64,000 bases of DNA from IMG/VR virus record IMGVR_UViG_3300020048_000073, positions 1 through 64,000 of that record; one strand, written 5' to 3'. The stretch is from a virus. This document shows, piece after piece, positions 54,193-64,000 of this stretch (within the stretch, counting starts at the first letter, position 1; every line of letters starts with the position of its first letter). Under the pieces are notes generated by a model, which was not told where the DNA came from, searched no databases, and saw only the letters and a program-made list of their open reading frames with translations. Position numbers and translations under genes: made by a program.

Positions 54193-55105
54193 TATTGCTG
54201 ATTTAGATTGTATTTTTTTAACATATGACGAACCCAACAAAGATGAGTCGTGGGTTCGTATTAAAAATTTAATACCATGGGCTCGCCGTGTTGACGGAGT
54301 TAAAGGTAGTGATGCCGCACACAAAGCAGCAGCCGAAGCCAGCGACACAGAAAGATTTGTATTAATCGACGGTGACAATATTCCTTATCCTAGCTTTTTT
54401 AATTTAACATTAGCGTTGCCTGATGAAGAATATGAGCAAGCAGTTTTTAGATGGCGCAGTAAAAATGTCATTAATGGGCTTATGTATGGTAACGGTGGAC
54501 TAAGTTGTTGGACTAAAGAATTTGTGCGCAATATGAAAACTCATGAGGCTACAGATGGCAGAGAAGAAACAAAAGTTGAGTTTTGTTTTGATCCATTGTA
54601 TTGGCCCATGTATGATTGCTACAGTGTAACGGCTCCAAACGCTAGCCCGTTTCAAGCATGGCGTGCTGGATTCCGCGAAGGTGTCAAAATGTGTCTTAAC
54701 AAAGGAGTAAAACCGTCTCTGTCAGAATTCAAAGATGTGGCACATTTTAGAAATCTTGATAATTTAACAGTGTGGCACAATATAGGTCGCGATGTTGAAA
54801 ATGGCATATGGGCTATTACCGGCGCAAGAATGGGCACATACATGACCATGTTAACAGATTGGGATTACACTCTTGTACAAGACTTTTCTGCTCTGGCAGA
54901 TTTATGGACTACTATTGAATCAGATGATCCTGAAATTATTGCAGGTCGGGTATCAGAAGAATTGGTTAGCCAGTTAGACATACCTATTTCAATGTTTGGT
55001 GCCAACGAAAGTGAATTTTTTAAACACCATATGAATAAAAATTGGACGAATAAGGGAGTTATGATTAGAGAAATAGATGTAATAAGGCAACAAGAAGGAT
55101 GGTAA
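54179..55105 (+). CDS. GT-A fold glycosyltransferase-like protein (GT2-like)
   Basis: IFLTYDEPN, RVDGVKG..AAHKAAA, FVLIDGDN DxD motif, QAWRAGFREG. Confidence 0.7.
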   Translation: MKKIDIADLDCIFLTYDEPNKDESWVRIKNLIPWARRVDGVKGSDAAHKAAAEASDTERFVLIDGDNIPYPSFFNLTLALPDEEYEQAVFRWRSKNVINGLMYGNGGLSCWTKEFVRNMKTHEATDGREETKVEFCFDPLYWPMYDCYSVTAPNASPFQAWRAGFREGVKMCLNKGVKPSLSEFKDVAHFRNLDNLTVWHNIGRDVENGIWAITGARMGTYMTMLTDWDYTLVQDFSALADLWTTIESDDPEIIAGRVSEELVSQLDIPISMFGANESEFFKHHMNKNWTNKGVMIREIDVIRQQEGW

Positions 55106-55758
55106 AACAATTAGTTGTCCTTGGAGATAGTTTTTGCCACGGTGTCGGTACTGTTTCCCCGTTTAAAAATCCTGAGAATACACAGTATGCTTTTGGCAAA
55201 TACATTGCCGAAGCATTAAATTTAGAATATGTGAATTTAGCTGAACCAGGTACAAGCATCACACGTGCCGTGGAAGTAGGATACAACTATCTTAGTAAAA
55301 ACAAAGACAATATTGAACTTGTTATTATTGGGTGGACTCATCCGAGTAGGATAGGGTTTTACTCTGATACAGCAATGTTACAAATTTTACCGCAATATGT
55401 TTTACTTGGTGATTCTGCTGATGATGATGTTTTTGTTAGCACAGACGCAAACGTTAAATTTATTACAGATAAAAACAACCAAGCACATTTGTCTATGTTA
55501 CCTCAAATACATAAAATAATGGTAGGAAATAACTTTTTAGAATCACAGTTAAGTGTAAGTCAAGTGTCAGCTGAGTGTTTTAGGTCTTGGCTGCGTGAAA
55601 ATAATATTAAATATTGTGACTTTAACGTGTTTCCAGGAGGAGTAACTGGAGCCAACTGTTCGGTGACATTTGAGGATATTATGAAACCAACTAGGCACCC
55701 TACCAAGGAAGAACAACAAAAATTTGCTAACTTATTATTGAGTAAAATAAATGACTAA
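55099..55758 (+). CDS. SGNH/GDSL-like hydrolase or acyltransferase
   Basis: Block I LGDSF..G, block II NLA.PG, C-terminal HPT. Confidence 0.75.
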   Translation: MVKQLVVLGDSFCHGVGTVSPFKNPENTQYAFGKYIAEALNLEYVNLAEPGTSITRAVEVGYNYLSKNKDNIELVIIGWTHPSRIGFYSDTAMLQILPQYVLLGDSADDDVFVSTDANVKFITDKNNQAHLSMLPQIHKIMVGNNFLESQLSVSQVSAECFRSWLRENNIKYCDFNVFPGGVTGANCSVTFEDIMKPTRHPTKEEQQKFANLLLSKIND

Positions 55759-57121
55759 AAGTGTTTTTATGACTGGCGCAGAACACATGAAGGAACAATT
55801 AGGGCATGCGATGTGTTTGGCTAAATGGAAGCAAGTGAGTCTACATTTGCCCACAGGGCTTAATAACTCCTGCTATCATCCTCCTTTACATCCTATTCCT
55901 GTTGACAACTTAATAGATAATCCAGGATCACTACACAATACTCCTTACAAAAAAGAACAAAGAAAAATAATGTTACGTCAAGAACGGCCACAGGAGTGCA
56001 GTTATTGTTGGAACATGGAAGACACGGGTAATCTCAGCGATAGACATTATCGTAGCGGTGAACCTTGGGCAGCTAAAGATTTTGAAACAATCACACATTC
56101 TACTGGAGATGAAGATGTTGTTCCTAGTTACGTTGAAGTTAATTTTAATCATGTTTGTAATCTTGCTTGTAGTTATTGTAGCCCTCAGTTTAGTAGCACT
56201 TGGCAACAGGAGGTTGATACGCATGGCGGTTACCCCACTAGCACTACTCATAATGACCCTGATCATTTTAGAGGTCGCAATAGGCCTATACCTGTTAGGG
56301 AGCATAACCCCTACGTAGAAGCCTTTTGGGCCTGGTGGCCAACTCTATATCCTGAACTAAAACATTTTCGAATGACTGGCGGTGAACCTTTGTTGGATAA
56401 AAATACCTACCGCGTATTTGACTATGTACTAGCCAATCCTAAATCTGACTTACATTTAAATGTTACAAGTAATTTTAGTGTAGATGAAAAATCTTGGCAA
56501 AAGTATTTAAATTATTGTAAGCAACTGTGTGAAGGTGAAAAAATAGAACATTTTATGCAGTATGTCAGTTTAGATACAGTAGGTGCTCAGGCAGAATACA
56601 TACGTCATGGATTAAATTACGATTTATTGTGGAAACGTGTAGAGCAGTTTTTAACTGAAGTACCATACCGCAATAGCTTGACATTTATTATTACAATGAA
56701 TAATTTAAGTGTATCGGGTCTGCGTGAACTGTTGACTAACATTTTAGAATTGCGCAAACAACACAGCACAACATACCAGCGGGTGTGGTTTGACACTCCT
56801 GTCTTACGGCAGCCCGCATGGCAAAGTTTACAGATACTACCTAAGAGTTATGTTTACAAATTAGAAGATACATTGACATGGATGAGAAATAATCCAGATA
56901 CCGGCGACTTTTGTGGATTTAAAGATTATGAATCACAGCGATTAGAACGTGATATATCTTGGATGTCACAACAACTGCCTGCTGACGTAGCCAACTTAAA
57001 CAAAGCTGACTTTTACAAATTTTTTAGTGAAGCTGATAGGAGACACAACACTGATTTTTTAAAAGTATTTCCTGAAATGGGAGAATTTTGGAAAGAATGC
57101 AAATATTATGCTGAAAGATAA
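55751..57121 (+). CDS. Radical SAM protein with N-terminal twitch-like domain (subtype CxAKW/CYH)
   Basis: CLAKW..SCYHP..CSYCW; CNLACSYC; TGGEP. Confidence 0.92.
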   Translation: MTKSVFMTGAEHMKEQLGHAMCLAKWKQVSLHLPTGLNNSCYHPPLHPIPVDNLIDNPGSLHNTPYKKEQRKIMLRQERPQECSYCWNMEDTGNLSDRHYRSGEPWAAKDFETITHSTGDEDVVPSYVEVNFNHVCNLACSYCSPQFSSTWQQEVDTHGGYPTSTTHNDPDHFRGRNRPIPVREHNPYVEAFWAWWPTLYPELKHFRMTGGEPLLDKNTYRVFDYVLANPKSDLHLNVTSNFSVDEKSWQKYLNYCKQLCEGEKIEHFMQYVSLDTVGAQAEYIRHGLNYDLLWKRVEQFLTEVPYRNSLTFIITMNNLSVSGLRELLTNILELRKQHSTTYQRVWFDTPVLRQPAWQSLQILPKSYVYKLEDTLTWMRNNPDTGDFCGFKDYESQRLERDISWMSQQLPADVANLNKADFYKFFSEADRRHNTDFLKVFPEMGEFWKECKYYAER

Positions 57122-58175
57122 TATTAATCTTGTAGTTGATATTGAATGTGAAATTTATCATTTAATACGACATTTCCCTCATAAGAAATTTTACGATTTT
57201 TCTACAGAAACTATTGTACCTGGCTCAGTTTACATAGTAAGTAGAGAACAATTTAAAAACAATGTAGCAAAAATTAGAGAACATATTGATCAGGCACATT
57301 TTGTGTTGAGTAATCCAGCTGAAGCATCTGAAACAATAAAACGTATGTGTGCAGAACTGTACGGTGTTGATGATTTATTTTTAAACAACAAACTAGCTAT
57401 GATAAGCGGCGGCGATATTGAAACCGGCTGGGCCAATTTAAAGTTTGAAAAATTTATTACCCTTATTAGGGAAGAACGCACAAATATAGAATCTGTTGGT
57501 AGAAGCAACGAAATTTATTCAAAAATAGTTAAGCCCTACAAATTTTTATTTTTAAATGGGCGGGCAAGATATCATAGAATAGAAATGATTAAACGATTAG
57601 CACCACTGTTGCAACAAGCACTGTGGACCAACCTAGACACAGCGGCTGGCCCTATACATTTCTTGCCTCAAGAATATGAAATTACATCTTGTCATAAACA
57701 CATGGTTGAATCTGGCGCAAGATTTGAAAAACCCAACTTGTTTCAAGGTAAAAACTGGGCTGACGGAATAATAAAAGCTGATCCCTACATTGACACATAC
57801 TTTAGTGTAGTAACTGAAACAGTTTTTGAATACCCTTACAGTTTTAGAACAGAAAAAATTTGGAAGCCGATAGCAATGGCACATCCTTGGATATGTTGCT
57901 CTAATTACGGCTTTTACAGAGATATTAAAAATTTAGGATTTAAAACGTTTGCACATCTTATTGACGAAAGTTTTGATACAATTTACAGTACACAAGATAG
58001 ATTAGCTAGGCTTGAACACGTAATAAAAGATTTATGCACACAGGATTTGCCTAGTTTTTTAGCAGCCGCGGAAGATACGTGTAAATACAATCAGTCCCAT
58101 ATGCGAGAACTAGTTCCAAAAATTATTTCTCAATTTCCGCAACAATTCACCGACTTTATTAATGAACGATACTGA
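57108..58175 (+). CDS. Hypothetical protein, possible GT-B-like (GT10 fucosyltransferase-like motif)
   Basis: FLFLNGR.R.HR, FSVVTET...FRTEKIWKPI...HP; GFKTF. Confidence 0.45.
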   Translation: MLKDNINLVVDIECEIYHLIRHFPHKKFYDFSTETIVPGSVYIVSREQFKNNVAKIREHIDQAHFVLSNPAEASETIKRMCAELYGVDDLFLNNKLAMISGGDIETGWANLKFEKFITLIREERTNIESVGRSNEIYSKIVKPYKFLFLNGRARYHRIEMIKRLAPLLQQALWTNLDTAAGPIHFLPQEYEITSCHKHMVESGARFEKPNLFQGKNWADGIIKADPYIDTYFSVVTETVFEYPYSFRTEKIWKPIAMAHPWICCSNYGFYRDIKNLGFKTFAHLIDESFDTIYSTQDRLARLEHVIKDLCTQDLPSFLAAAEDTCKYNQSHMRELVPKIISQFPQQFTDFINERY

Positions 58176-59502
58176 TTTTAAACAACAAGTATTAGATCCA
58201 AAAAGTGCCAGCTTCTGTGCGGCAAAATGGTACAACGCAACTATTTGGTTAGGTTCCGGACAAACCACAAGTTGTCATCATCCGCCGGCACACAGTATTG
58301 ATTTAGAAGCTATCAAAACCAACCCTAGAGCTATCCACAACACCGTACAAAAGAAAATGGACCGTAAACTTATGCAGGCTGGTGAACGTCCGGCAGGTTG
58401 CGAGTACTGCTGGAAGATTGAAGACATGGGAAAAGACGCAATTAGCGACCGTGTTTACAAAAGCAAAATCTATCCTGTTGAAGCACTAAATGAAGCGTAC
58501 AAAGAAGACTACCACAATGACATTAATCTTAAAACTCTTGAAATCGCATTTGACAGAACTTGCCAGTTTGCTTGCTCTTACTGTAATCCTGCTTTTAGTT
58601 CTACATGGGTCAGGGATATTAAAGTTAACGGTCCTTACACAAATCTTGTTAGTGATGGCAGGAACCATTTCACTCATACTCACGATGCCTCGCAACTCTA
58701 CACCTATGGAGAAACAAATCCCTACACAGAAGCTTTCTTCAAATGGTGGGATTCAGACTTACACAAGACGCTTCAAGAACTCCGCATTACAGGTGGAGAA
58801 CCGCTTATGTCGGGTGAAACGTGGAAGCTCATTGATTGGTTCAAAGCAAACAAAGGCAAATCGCAAACCAAATTAGCTATTAACAGCAACTTGGGCATGG
58901 ATCGTATTAAATTACAAGAATTTATTACTAAGGTCAAAGATATACCGCATTTAGAAGTGTACACCAGCAACGAGGCATATGGCAAGCAAGCAGAATACAT
59001 TCGTGATGGATTAGATTACGATCTGTGGATGCACAATGTACAAGAGTTATTAGAACACAATAGTATTAAAGCATTACACGTTATGTGCACAATTAACGCA
59101 CTTTGTTTAGATTCATTACCGCACTTTTTAACGCAGTTAATGCGACTTAAACAAGTGTATGGTAAAGAACGTGTAAGTTTTACGCTAAACATTTTACGGT
59201 TTCCTAGTTTTCAAAGTCCGTTGGTGTTACCTGATGATCTACGCACACAATTTAAATACAAACTGACTGAATGGTTGGGTGTAAACATCACTAATCCGTT
59301 GTTACATGAACATGAAATTAATCACACGCAACGATTAATAGATTATTTAGACGTGGTAAAAACACCGCATAGTGAAGCATTTGAAATGACTAAACTATTA
59401 TTAGATTTTAAAAATTTTTACAGTCAATATGATGTTAGACGTAATAAGAATTTTAAAAAAACATTTTCAACATTAACAGAATGGTATGAACAAATACAAT
59501 GA
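58162..59502 (+). CDS. Radical SAM protein with N-terminal twitch-like domain (subtype CxAKW/CHH)
   Basis: CAAKW..SCHHP..CEYCW; CQFACSYC; TGGEP. Confidence 0.92.
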   Translation: MNDTDFKQQVLDPKSASFCAAKWYNATIWLGSGQTTSCHHPPAHSIDLEAIKTNPRAIHNTVQKKMDRKLMQAGERPAGCEYCWKIEDMGKDAISDRVYKSKIYPVEALNEAYKEDYHNDINLKTLEIAFDRTCQFACSYCNPAFSSTWVRDIKVNGPYTNLVSDGRNHFTHTHDASQLYTYGETNPYTEAFFKWWDSDLHKTLQELRITGGEPLMSGETWKLIDWFKANKGKSQTKLAINSNLGMDRIKLQEFITKVKDIPHLEVYTSNEAYGKQAEYIRDGLDYDLWMHNVQELLEHNSIKALHVMCTINALCLDSLPHFLTQLMRLKQVYGKERVSFTLNILRFPSFQSPLVLPDDLRTQFKYKLTEWLGVNITNPLLHEHEINHTQRLIDYLDVVKTPHSEAFEMTKLLLDFKNFYSQYDVRRNKNFKKTFSTLTEWYEQIQ

Positions 59503-60815
59503 CAGATAACACTAAAAAATACAATTGGAAAGATCGAGTACCCATGTACATCGGACTTAATAAATTGAATGACACTCAAAAATATCAACTTATGGATTCA
59601 GACAGTTTCTGTATGCTACCGTGGATACACTTACACGCTTGGCCTGACGGCAAAGCATATCCGTGTTGTGTTGCAAAAGGTGAATATCCCGTAGGTAATT
59701 TCAAAGAAAAATCTATGAAGGAAATTTGGAATGACGACCCCATGCGACAACTTCGTGTTAATATGTTAGAAGATAAACCGTGTAAAGAATGCACTAATTG
59801 TTATGAGCAAGAAAACGCTGGGTTTTCAAGTAATCGTAACAGCATGAATAAACATTTTGGTCATCACATAGACTATATAGATCACACTTTACCTGATGGA
59901 ACTGCACCTGATATGAAAATACACTATTGGGATGTTCGATTCTCTAATATTTGTAATTTAAAATGTCGCAGTTGCGGTAGTATTTTTAGTAGTCGTTGGT
60001 ACGATGATGATGTTAAATTATGGGGCAAAGCATTACGTCCGCGGGTGCAGTTTGCTGGCAAACATGATGAAGATGTATGGGAACAAATGCAGGAGCACAT
60101 TCCTTACTTAGAACAAATTTACTTCGCTGGTGGCGAACCGTTAATAATGGAAGAACACAATCGTATTCTTAATTTGTTAATTGAGAAAGGCAATACAAAA
60201 GTTTTTTTAATTTACAATACAAATCTTACAGAATTTAAATTTAAAAAAGAAAGTGTATTGGAATTGTGGAAACATTTCCCCAAAGTGTGCGTGGGCGCAA
60301 GTTTAGATGATATGGGTGATAGAGCAGCAATTATTCGTAGCGGAACTAAATGGGATCAGATAGAACAAAACATTAGAGATTTGAAACGAGAGTGTCCGCA
60401 TGTTGATTTTATGATAAGCCCTACCTTGAGTATTTTGAACGTTTGGAATTTTACTAAATTTCATAGATATATGGTAGAACAAGGTTACATTAGGGCATGT
60501 GACATGAATGTGAACATTTTACAGGATCCTCAAGAATACAGAATAGACATTTTACCGCTGGACATTAAATTAAAACTTAAAGCAGAGTTTGAAGAACATT
60601 TAATATGGCTTAGGCAACACGATCATTTCCATCGTGCCACCGGTGGATTTGAGGCAGCCATTAATTTTATGATGGCGGATGACAAATCTGAATTACTACC
60701 TGATTTTTGGCGTACAACATCAGACTTAGACTGGTCACGTAATGAAAAACTAATTGATGCGGTTCCAGAATTAGCCCAGTTATTAAAATACAAGCCCGCT
60801 GACACAAGAGTATGA
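59499..60815 (+). CDS. Radical SAM protein with N-terminal twitch/SPASM-like domain
   Basis: CMLPW..PCC..CKECTNC; CNLKCRSC; AGGEP. Confidence 0.92.
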   Translation: MTDNTKKYNWKDRVPMYIGLNKLNDTQKYQLMDSDSFCMLPWIHLHAWPDGKAYPCCVAKGEYPVGNFKEKSMKEIWNDDPMRQLRVNMLEDKPCKECTNCYEQENAGFSSNRNSMNKHFGHHIDYIDHTLPDGTAPDMKIHYWDVRFSNICNLKCRSCGSIFSSRWYDDDVKLWGKALRPRVQFAGKHDEDVWEQMQEHIPYLEQIYFAGGEPLIMEEHNRILNLLIEKGNTKVFLIYNTNLTEFKFKKESVLELWKHFPKVCVGASLDDMGDRAAIIRSGTKWDQIEQNIRDLKRECPHVDFMISPTLSILNVWNFTKFHRYMVEQGYIRACDMNVNILQDPQEYRIDILPLDIKLKLKAEFEEHLIWLRQHDHFHRATGGFEAAINFMMADDKSELLPDFWRTTSDLDWSRNEKLIDAVPELAQLLKYKPADTRV

Positions 60816-62026
60816 ATTTGCCCCACAACAAATTTTGTGTGTTGCCTTGGATCAGTTTAGAAACTAGTCCTATTGGCACTGTACGGCCCTGTTGTTTAGC
60901 AGAAGACGAACTATTAGATAATGCGGGTGAAAAATTTGATCTAAATACTACATCACTCACCACGGTACAAAACAGTCATAGTATGCGCAAGTTACGGCAA
61001 CGGTTCATTGATAAAGAACAACCAGAAACTTGTAAGAAATGTTGGAATGAGGAACGTGCTGGTAGAGATAGTAAACGTATTCACACGCTTAATAGACTAA
61101 AGCACATTCTGCCTGAACAAGATTGGACATTAGATGCTAAACCCCTAATGTTTTTAGATTTAAAGTTGGGCAATATTTGTAATCTTAAATGCCGTATTTG
61201 TGGCAGTTGGAGTTCAAGCACCTTTGCTACAGAAGAACTTAAATTTTTACCTGCGAACAGCAACAAAAAAGAAAGTAATCACTACACTATGCTGTCTAAA
61301 GGAGCATGGCCACGTGAAAATAAAACGTTTTGGGACGAAATAGATCGCATTATTAATGAAGTACGTTACATAGAGTTTACCGGTGGCGAACCGTTTATGA
61401 TTAAAGAACATTTTGACTTGCTACGCTCCCTGGCAGAACGTGGCATGGCTAAGAATGTAGAAATACATTACAACACTAACGGAACACAGTTTCCTGAGTA
61501 TGCGGAAGAAATTTGGAAACACTTTAAGACAGTAGAGATAGCATTTAGTATTGACGACGTTGACAACCGTTTTGAATATCAACGTTCAGGTGCCAAATGG
61601 AACGAAGTATGCAACAACATAGCTAAGTTTAAAGAGATGAAACAACGTAACAAAAATATGCAGTTACAAGTATGTACTACTGTCAACGTTTTTAATGTGT
61701 ATTATTTAGAAGAAGTTGCTAATTGGATAGACAAGCAAGGATTTGATTTTGTTTATTGGAATATGATGCACGAAGCTAGACATTTTAGTATATCAAGTTT
61801 GCCACAACAGGCAAAAACAGCGATAACTTCTAAATTACAATCAGCGACGGTGTCAGATAGTACACACCAAGAGTTTAAACAAATAATAGATTTTATGAAC
61901 AATGGAATAGAGTTATCTGGTGATAAATTAATAGCTGAAATAGCAGAAGTTGACCGTAGGCGTAACGAAAACCTAAAAACTGTAGCACCAGAGTTTGCTA
62001 AATTGATCAATTATGAAAAAGCCTGA
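60812..62026 (+). CDS. Radical SAM protein with N-terminal twitch/SPASM-like domain
   Basis: CVLPW..PCC..CKKCW; CNLKCRIC; TGGEP. Confidence 0.92.
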   Translation: MNLPHNKFCVLPWISLETSPIGTVRPCCLAEDELLDNAGEKFDLNTTSLTTVQNSHSMRKLRQRFIDKEQPETCKKCWNEERAGRDSKRIHTLNRLKHILPEQDWTLDAKPLMFLDLKLGNICNLKCRICGSWSSSTFATEELKFLPANSNKKESNHYTMLSKGAWPRENKTFWDEIDRIINEVRYIEFTGGEPFMIKEHFDLLRSLAERGMAKNVEIHYNTNGTQFPEYAEEIWKHFKTVEIAFSIDDVDNRFEYQRSGAKWNEVCNNIAKFKEMKQRNKNMQLQVCTTVNVFNVYYLEEVANWIDKQGFDFVYWNMMHEARHFSISSLPQQAKTAITSKLQSATVSDSTHQEFKQIIDFMNNGIELSGDKLIAEIAEVDRRRNENLKTVAPEFAKLINYEKA

Positions 62027-63317
62027 CACAAGACCTGATACTCTGTGTATGGCGCCATGGACTCACACGTACCTTAGTCCACAAACAGAACGTAGACTAT
62101 GTTGCGCCTCACGTGAGCCAGCCCAAAATTTTGAACAATACATAGATACTGCATCTGGCACTGGCAAATACACTCCTATTACATTAGATGAACACTGGAA
62201 TAGTGAGCACATGAAATCAGTACGCCGACGTATGATGGCAGGCGAATCTCTACCTGAATGTAATGTGTGTGATAACAAATTACTCAACACCGACGTTTAC
62301 CGCACGTATTTTACTCATCTATTTGAACACAAATACGAAGAACTGTGGCAAACAACCGATGAAACAGGTTACACTACAATGAAACCTGTTAGTTGGGATT
62401 ATCGTTTTAGCAACCTATGCAATTTTAAATGTCGCATGTGTGGTGACATGCTGTCTAGTTCTTGGGAATCAGAACAACGTACTAATAATATGATTGACTG
62501 GAACAACAAAAAAAATAATTGGATGTTGCCTGCTATTCGGGAAGAGATAACTAAATTTCAAGATACACAAATAGAAAAAGAATTTAGTGAAGCAGTAGAA
62601 GAACACCGTGTAGAGGAAGTGTACTGGGTGGGTGGCGAACCTCTAATGTACGAACAACACTGGCGGTACATGAAACGTATTGTGGATTTAGGCGATGGTC
62701 CGCGGGTCTACGCAAGATACAATACTAATCTTAGTCGCATTGATTATCGCGGTGTAAATTTGTTCAGAGATATTCTTTCTCAAATACGAGATTGGCAAGT
62801 GTGTGCGTCACTTGATGGAACTGGTCAGGTAGGAGAATACATTCGCACTGGATTAAAATACAAAGAATTTGTAGAAAATTTTAAACAAGGCATGAGTTAT
62901 GCAAGACATCCTAGACAAATGCGTTTAGATTTTACACTTACGTTACCTGGGTTATTTGAGATAGAAAACATAGAGCAACTGGCACAAGAATTAAACACTT
63001 TGGTTCTTGCTAAGGTGGTGTTTGCCTTCACTCCAGACATTATTATGAGCCCGTTAGCATTACCCAAGCATATTCTACATCGTAAAATAGATGAACTTTT
63101 GCCTAGCACTACTGGCGCATTACATTCAACCTTAGTAAACCTCAAAAATCGTCCCACTTTTGAAGAACAATGGCCTGAAGAGTTTTCCAAAGGACTTGCT
63201 AAAGGCAAAGCTCGTGTGTTACAATTAGAAGACGTCCGCCACGATAACTACAAAATGGCAGACATATTAAAAAAAGATAAGGAAATTTATGAGTGGTGGC
63301 AAGCAATATCTGGATAG
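62013..63317 (+). CDS. Radical SAM protein with N-terminal twitch/SPASM-like domain
   Basis: CMAPW..LCC..CNVC; CNFKCRMC; VGGEP. Confidence 0.92.
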   Translation: MKKPDTRPDTLCMAPWTHTYLSPQTERRLCCASREPAQNFEQYIDTASGTGKYTPITLDEHWNSEHMKSVRRRMMAGESLPECNVCDNKLLNTDVYRTYFTHLFEHKYEELWQTTDETGYTTMKPVSWDYRFSNLCNFKCRMCGDMLSSSWESEQRTNNMIDWNNKKNNWMLPAIREEITKFQDTQIEKEFSEAVEEHRVEEVYWVGGEPLMYEQHWRYMKRIVDLGDGPRVYARYNTNLSRIDYRGVNLFRDILSQIRDWQVCASLDGTGQVGEYIRTGLKYKEFVENFKQGMSYARHPRQMRLDFTLTLPGLFEIENIEQLAQELNTLVLAKVVFAFTPDIIMSPLALPKHILHRKIDELLPSTTGALHSTLVNLKNRPTFEEQWPEEFSKGLAKGKARVLQLEDVRHDNYKMADILKKDKEIYEWWQAISG

Positions 63318-64000
63318 AATACAAATTGTCCTTAAAAATGATGATAAATTTGATCTACGTCCTATCTACATAGATGTGTTTGATAATTCGCTATCTCGAA
63401 AGTGGTTGTCTGCACTAAATCACCTAATTAAAAATAATTATCATTTAGAAAAAAATTATTGTTTTTTTGGCTTTACTGAAAATTCTCGAAACGCACATTA
63501 TCTTGTTTCGCAAATTAATGAATCTATTGCCAATATTAATCAGGCTCGGTTAGGCTACGTTATTGATGATGTTTTTACAGTAGATAACACAATAATAACC
63601 GAGCAAACAATAAGTCCTGGCGGATTGATAGAAAGTGCTTGTTGTTTGAATCACAAAAAAATGAATAGTCTACACAGATACTTTGAAGATTTACAAGGCA
63701 CAAGTGAATCAATAAGTAGCTTTTACAAAAAAGCAGATAGTACTACTCGATGGCATATTAGACAATTAAATTTGTTATGTCATGAATATGAATCGTTAGT
63801 GTTGAGTTTAAACAAAGAAGCAACGGCTCCTATGTGGAAACGTCCTAGTCAACTCATGTGTTGGCTTAAAAGTCCTAAATTTGTGTTAGATGAAGCAGAT
63901 TATGACCTATTTGGTGTTGATACAATACCCCGCTCATTAGGTGGAGTGTTTGTTGGTGTCAACAAAACTATCGGCAAACATCACTGGGAGGTTTTTAATG
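63289..64000 (+). CDS. Hypothetical protein, 3'-truncated by the window edge (MSGGKQYLDRIQIVLKN...HLEKNYCFFGF...)
   Basis: ATG 63289 with AAGGA RBS, frame appears open to the end of the window; continues the overlapping-gene chain. Confidence 0.75.
   Translation, partial: MSGGKQYLDRIQIVLKNDDKFDLRPIYIDVFDNSLSRKWLSALNHLIKNNYHLEKNYCFFGFTENSRNAHYLVSQINESIANINQARLGYVIDDVFTVDNTIITEQTISPGGLIESACCLNHKKMNSLHRYFEDLQGTSESISSFYKKADSTTRWHIRQLNLLCHEYESLVLSLNKEATAPMWKRPSQLMCWLKSPKFVLDEADYDLFGVDTIPRSLGGVFVGVNKTIGKHHWEVFN

Noticed and set aside
921-63208. Numerous antisense or nested ORFs of 60-185 aa in the ORF track (for example 4704..5261, 10151..10606, 49996..50520)
   Set aside because: Shadows of well-supported genes on the opposite strand or in another frame; no RBS or motif evidence
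55751-63317. RiPP cluster with a precursor peptide, or queuosine/7-deazaguanine (QueE) pathway
   Set aside because: No RRE domain or clear precursor peptide is visible, and no QueC, QueD, FolE or DpdA genes are in this window; cannot be excluded for the rest of the genome

Overview
A 64-kb piece of a large T4-like myovirus genome (standard genetic code, very densely coding). It holds: (i) a head module on the minus strand (portal gp20, acidic core protein, protease gp21, scaffold gp22, major capsid gp23), followed by a free-standing HNH homing endonuclease and a GNAT-like gene; (ii) two tandem tape-measure-like paralogues and a divergent gp26/gp51-like hub-chaperone pair that appears joined by a -1 frameshift site; (iii) a ~500-nt highly structured, repeat-containing non-coding tract directly downstream of a minimal GIY-YIG nuclease; (iv) the gp55-gp47-gp46 operon interleaved with radical SAM and sulfotransferase-like genes; (v) a baseplate/tail module (gp48-like, gp53, split hub, gp5, gp25, gp6, a 5089-aa virion protein, fibres); and (vi) an operon of glycosyltransferase-like genes, an SGNH protein and five paralogous radical SAM enzymes with an N-terminal Cys-rich (twitch/SPASM-like) domain, which runs off the window end. 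The best candidates for undescribed biology are the GIY-YIG plus structured-RNA/DNA element, the multi-radical-SAM/glycosyltransferase modification system (possibly acting on N-x-S/T-rich virion proteins), and the gp26-gp51 frameshift. All assignments come from motif recognition by eye; no searches were run.
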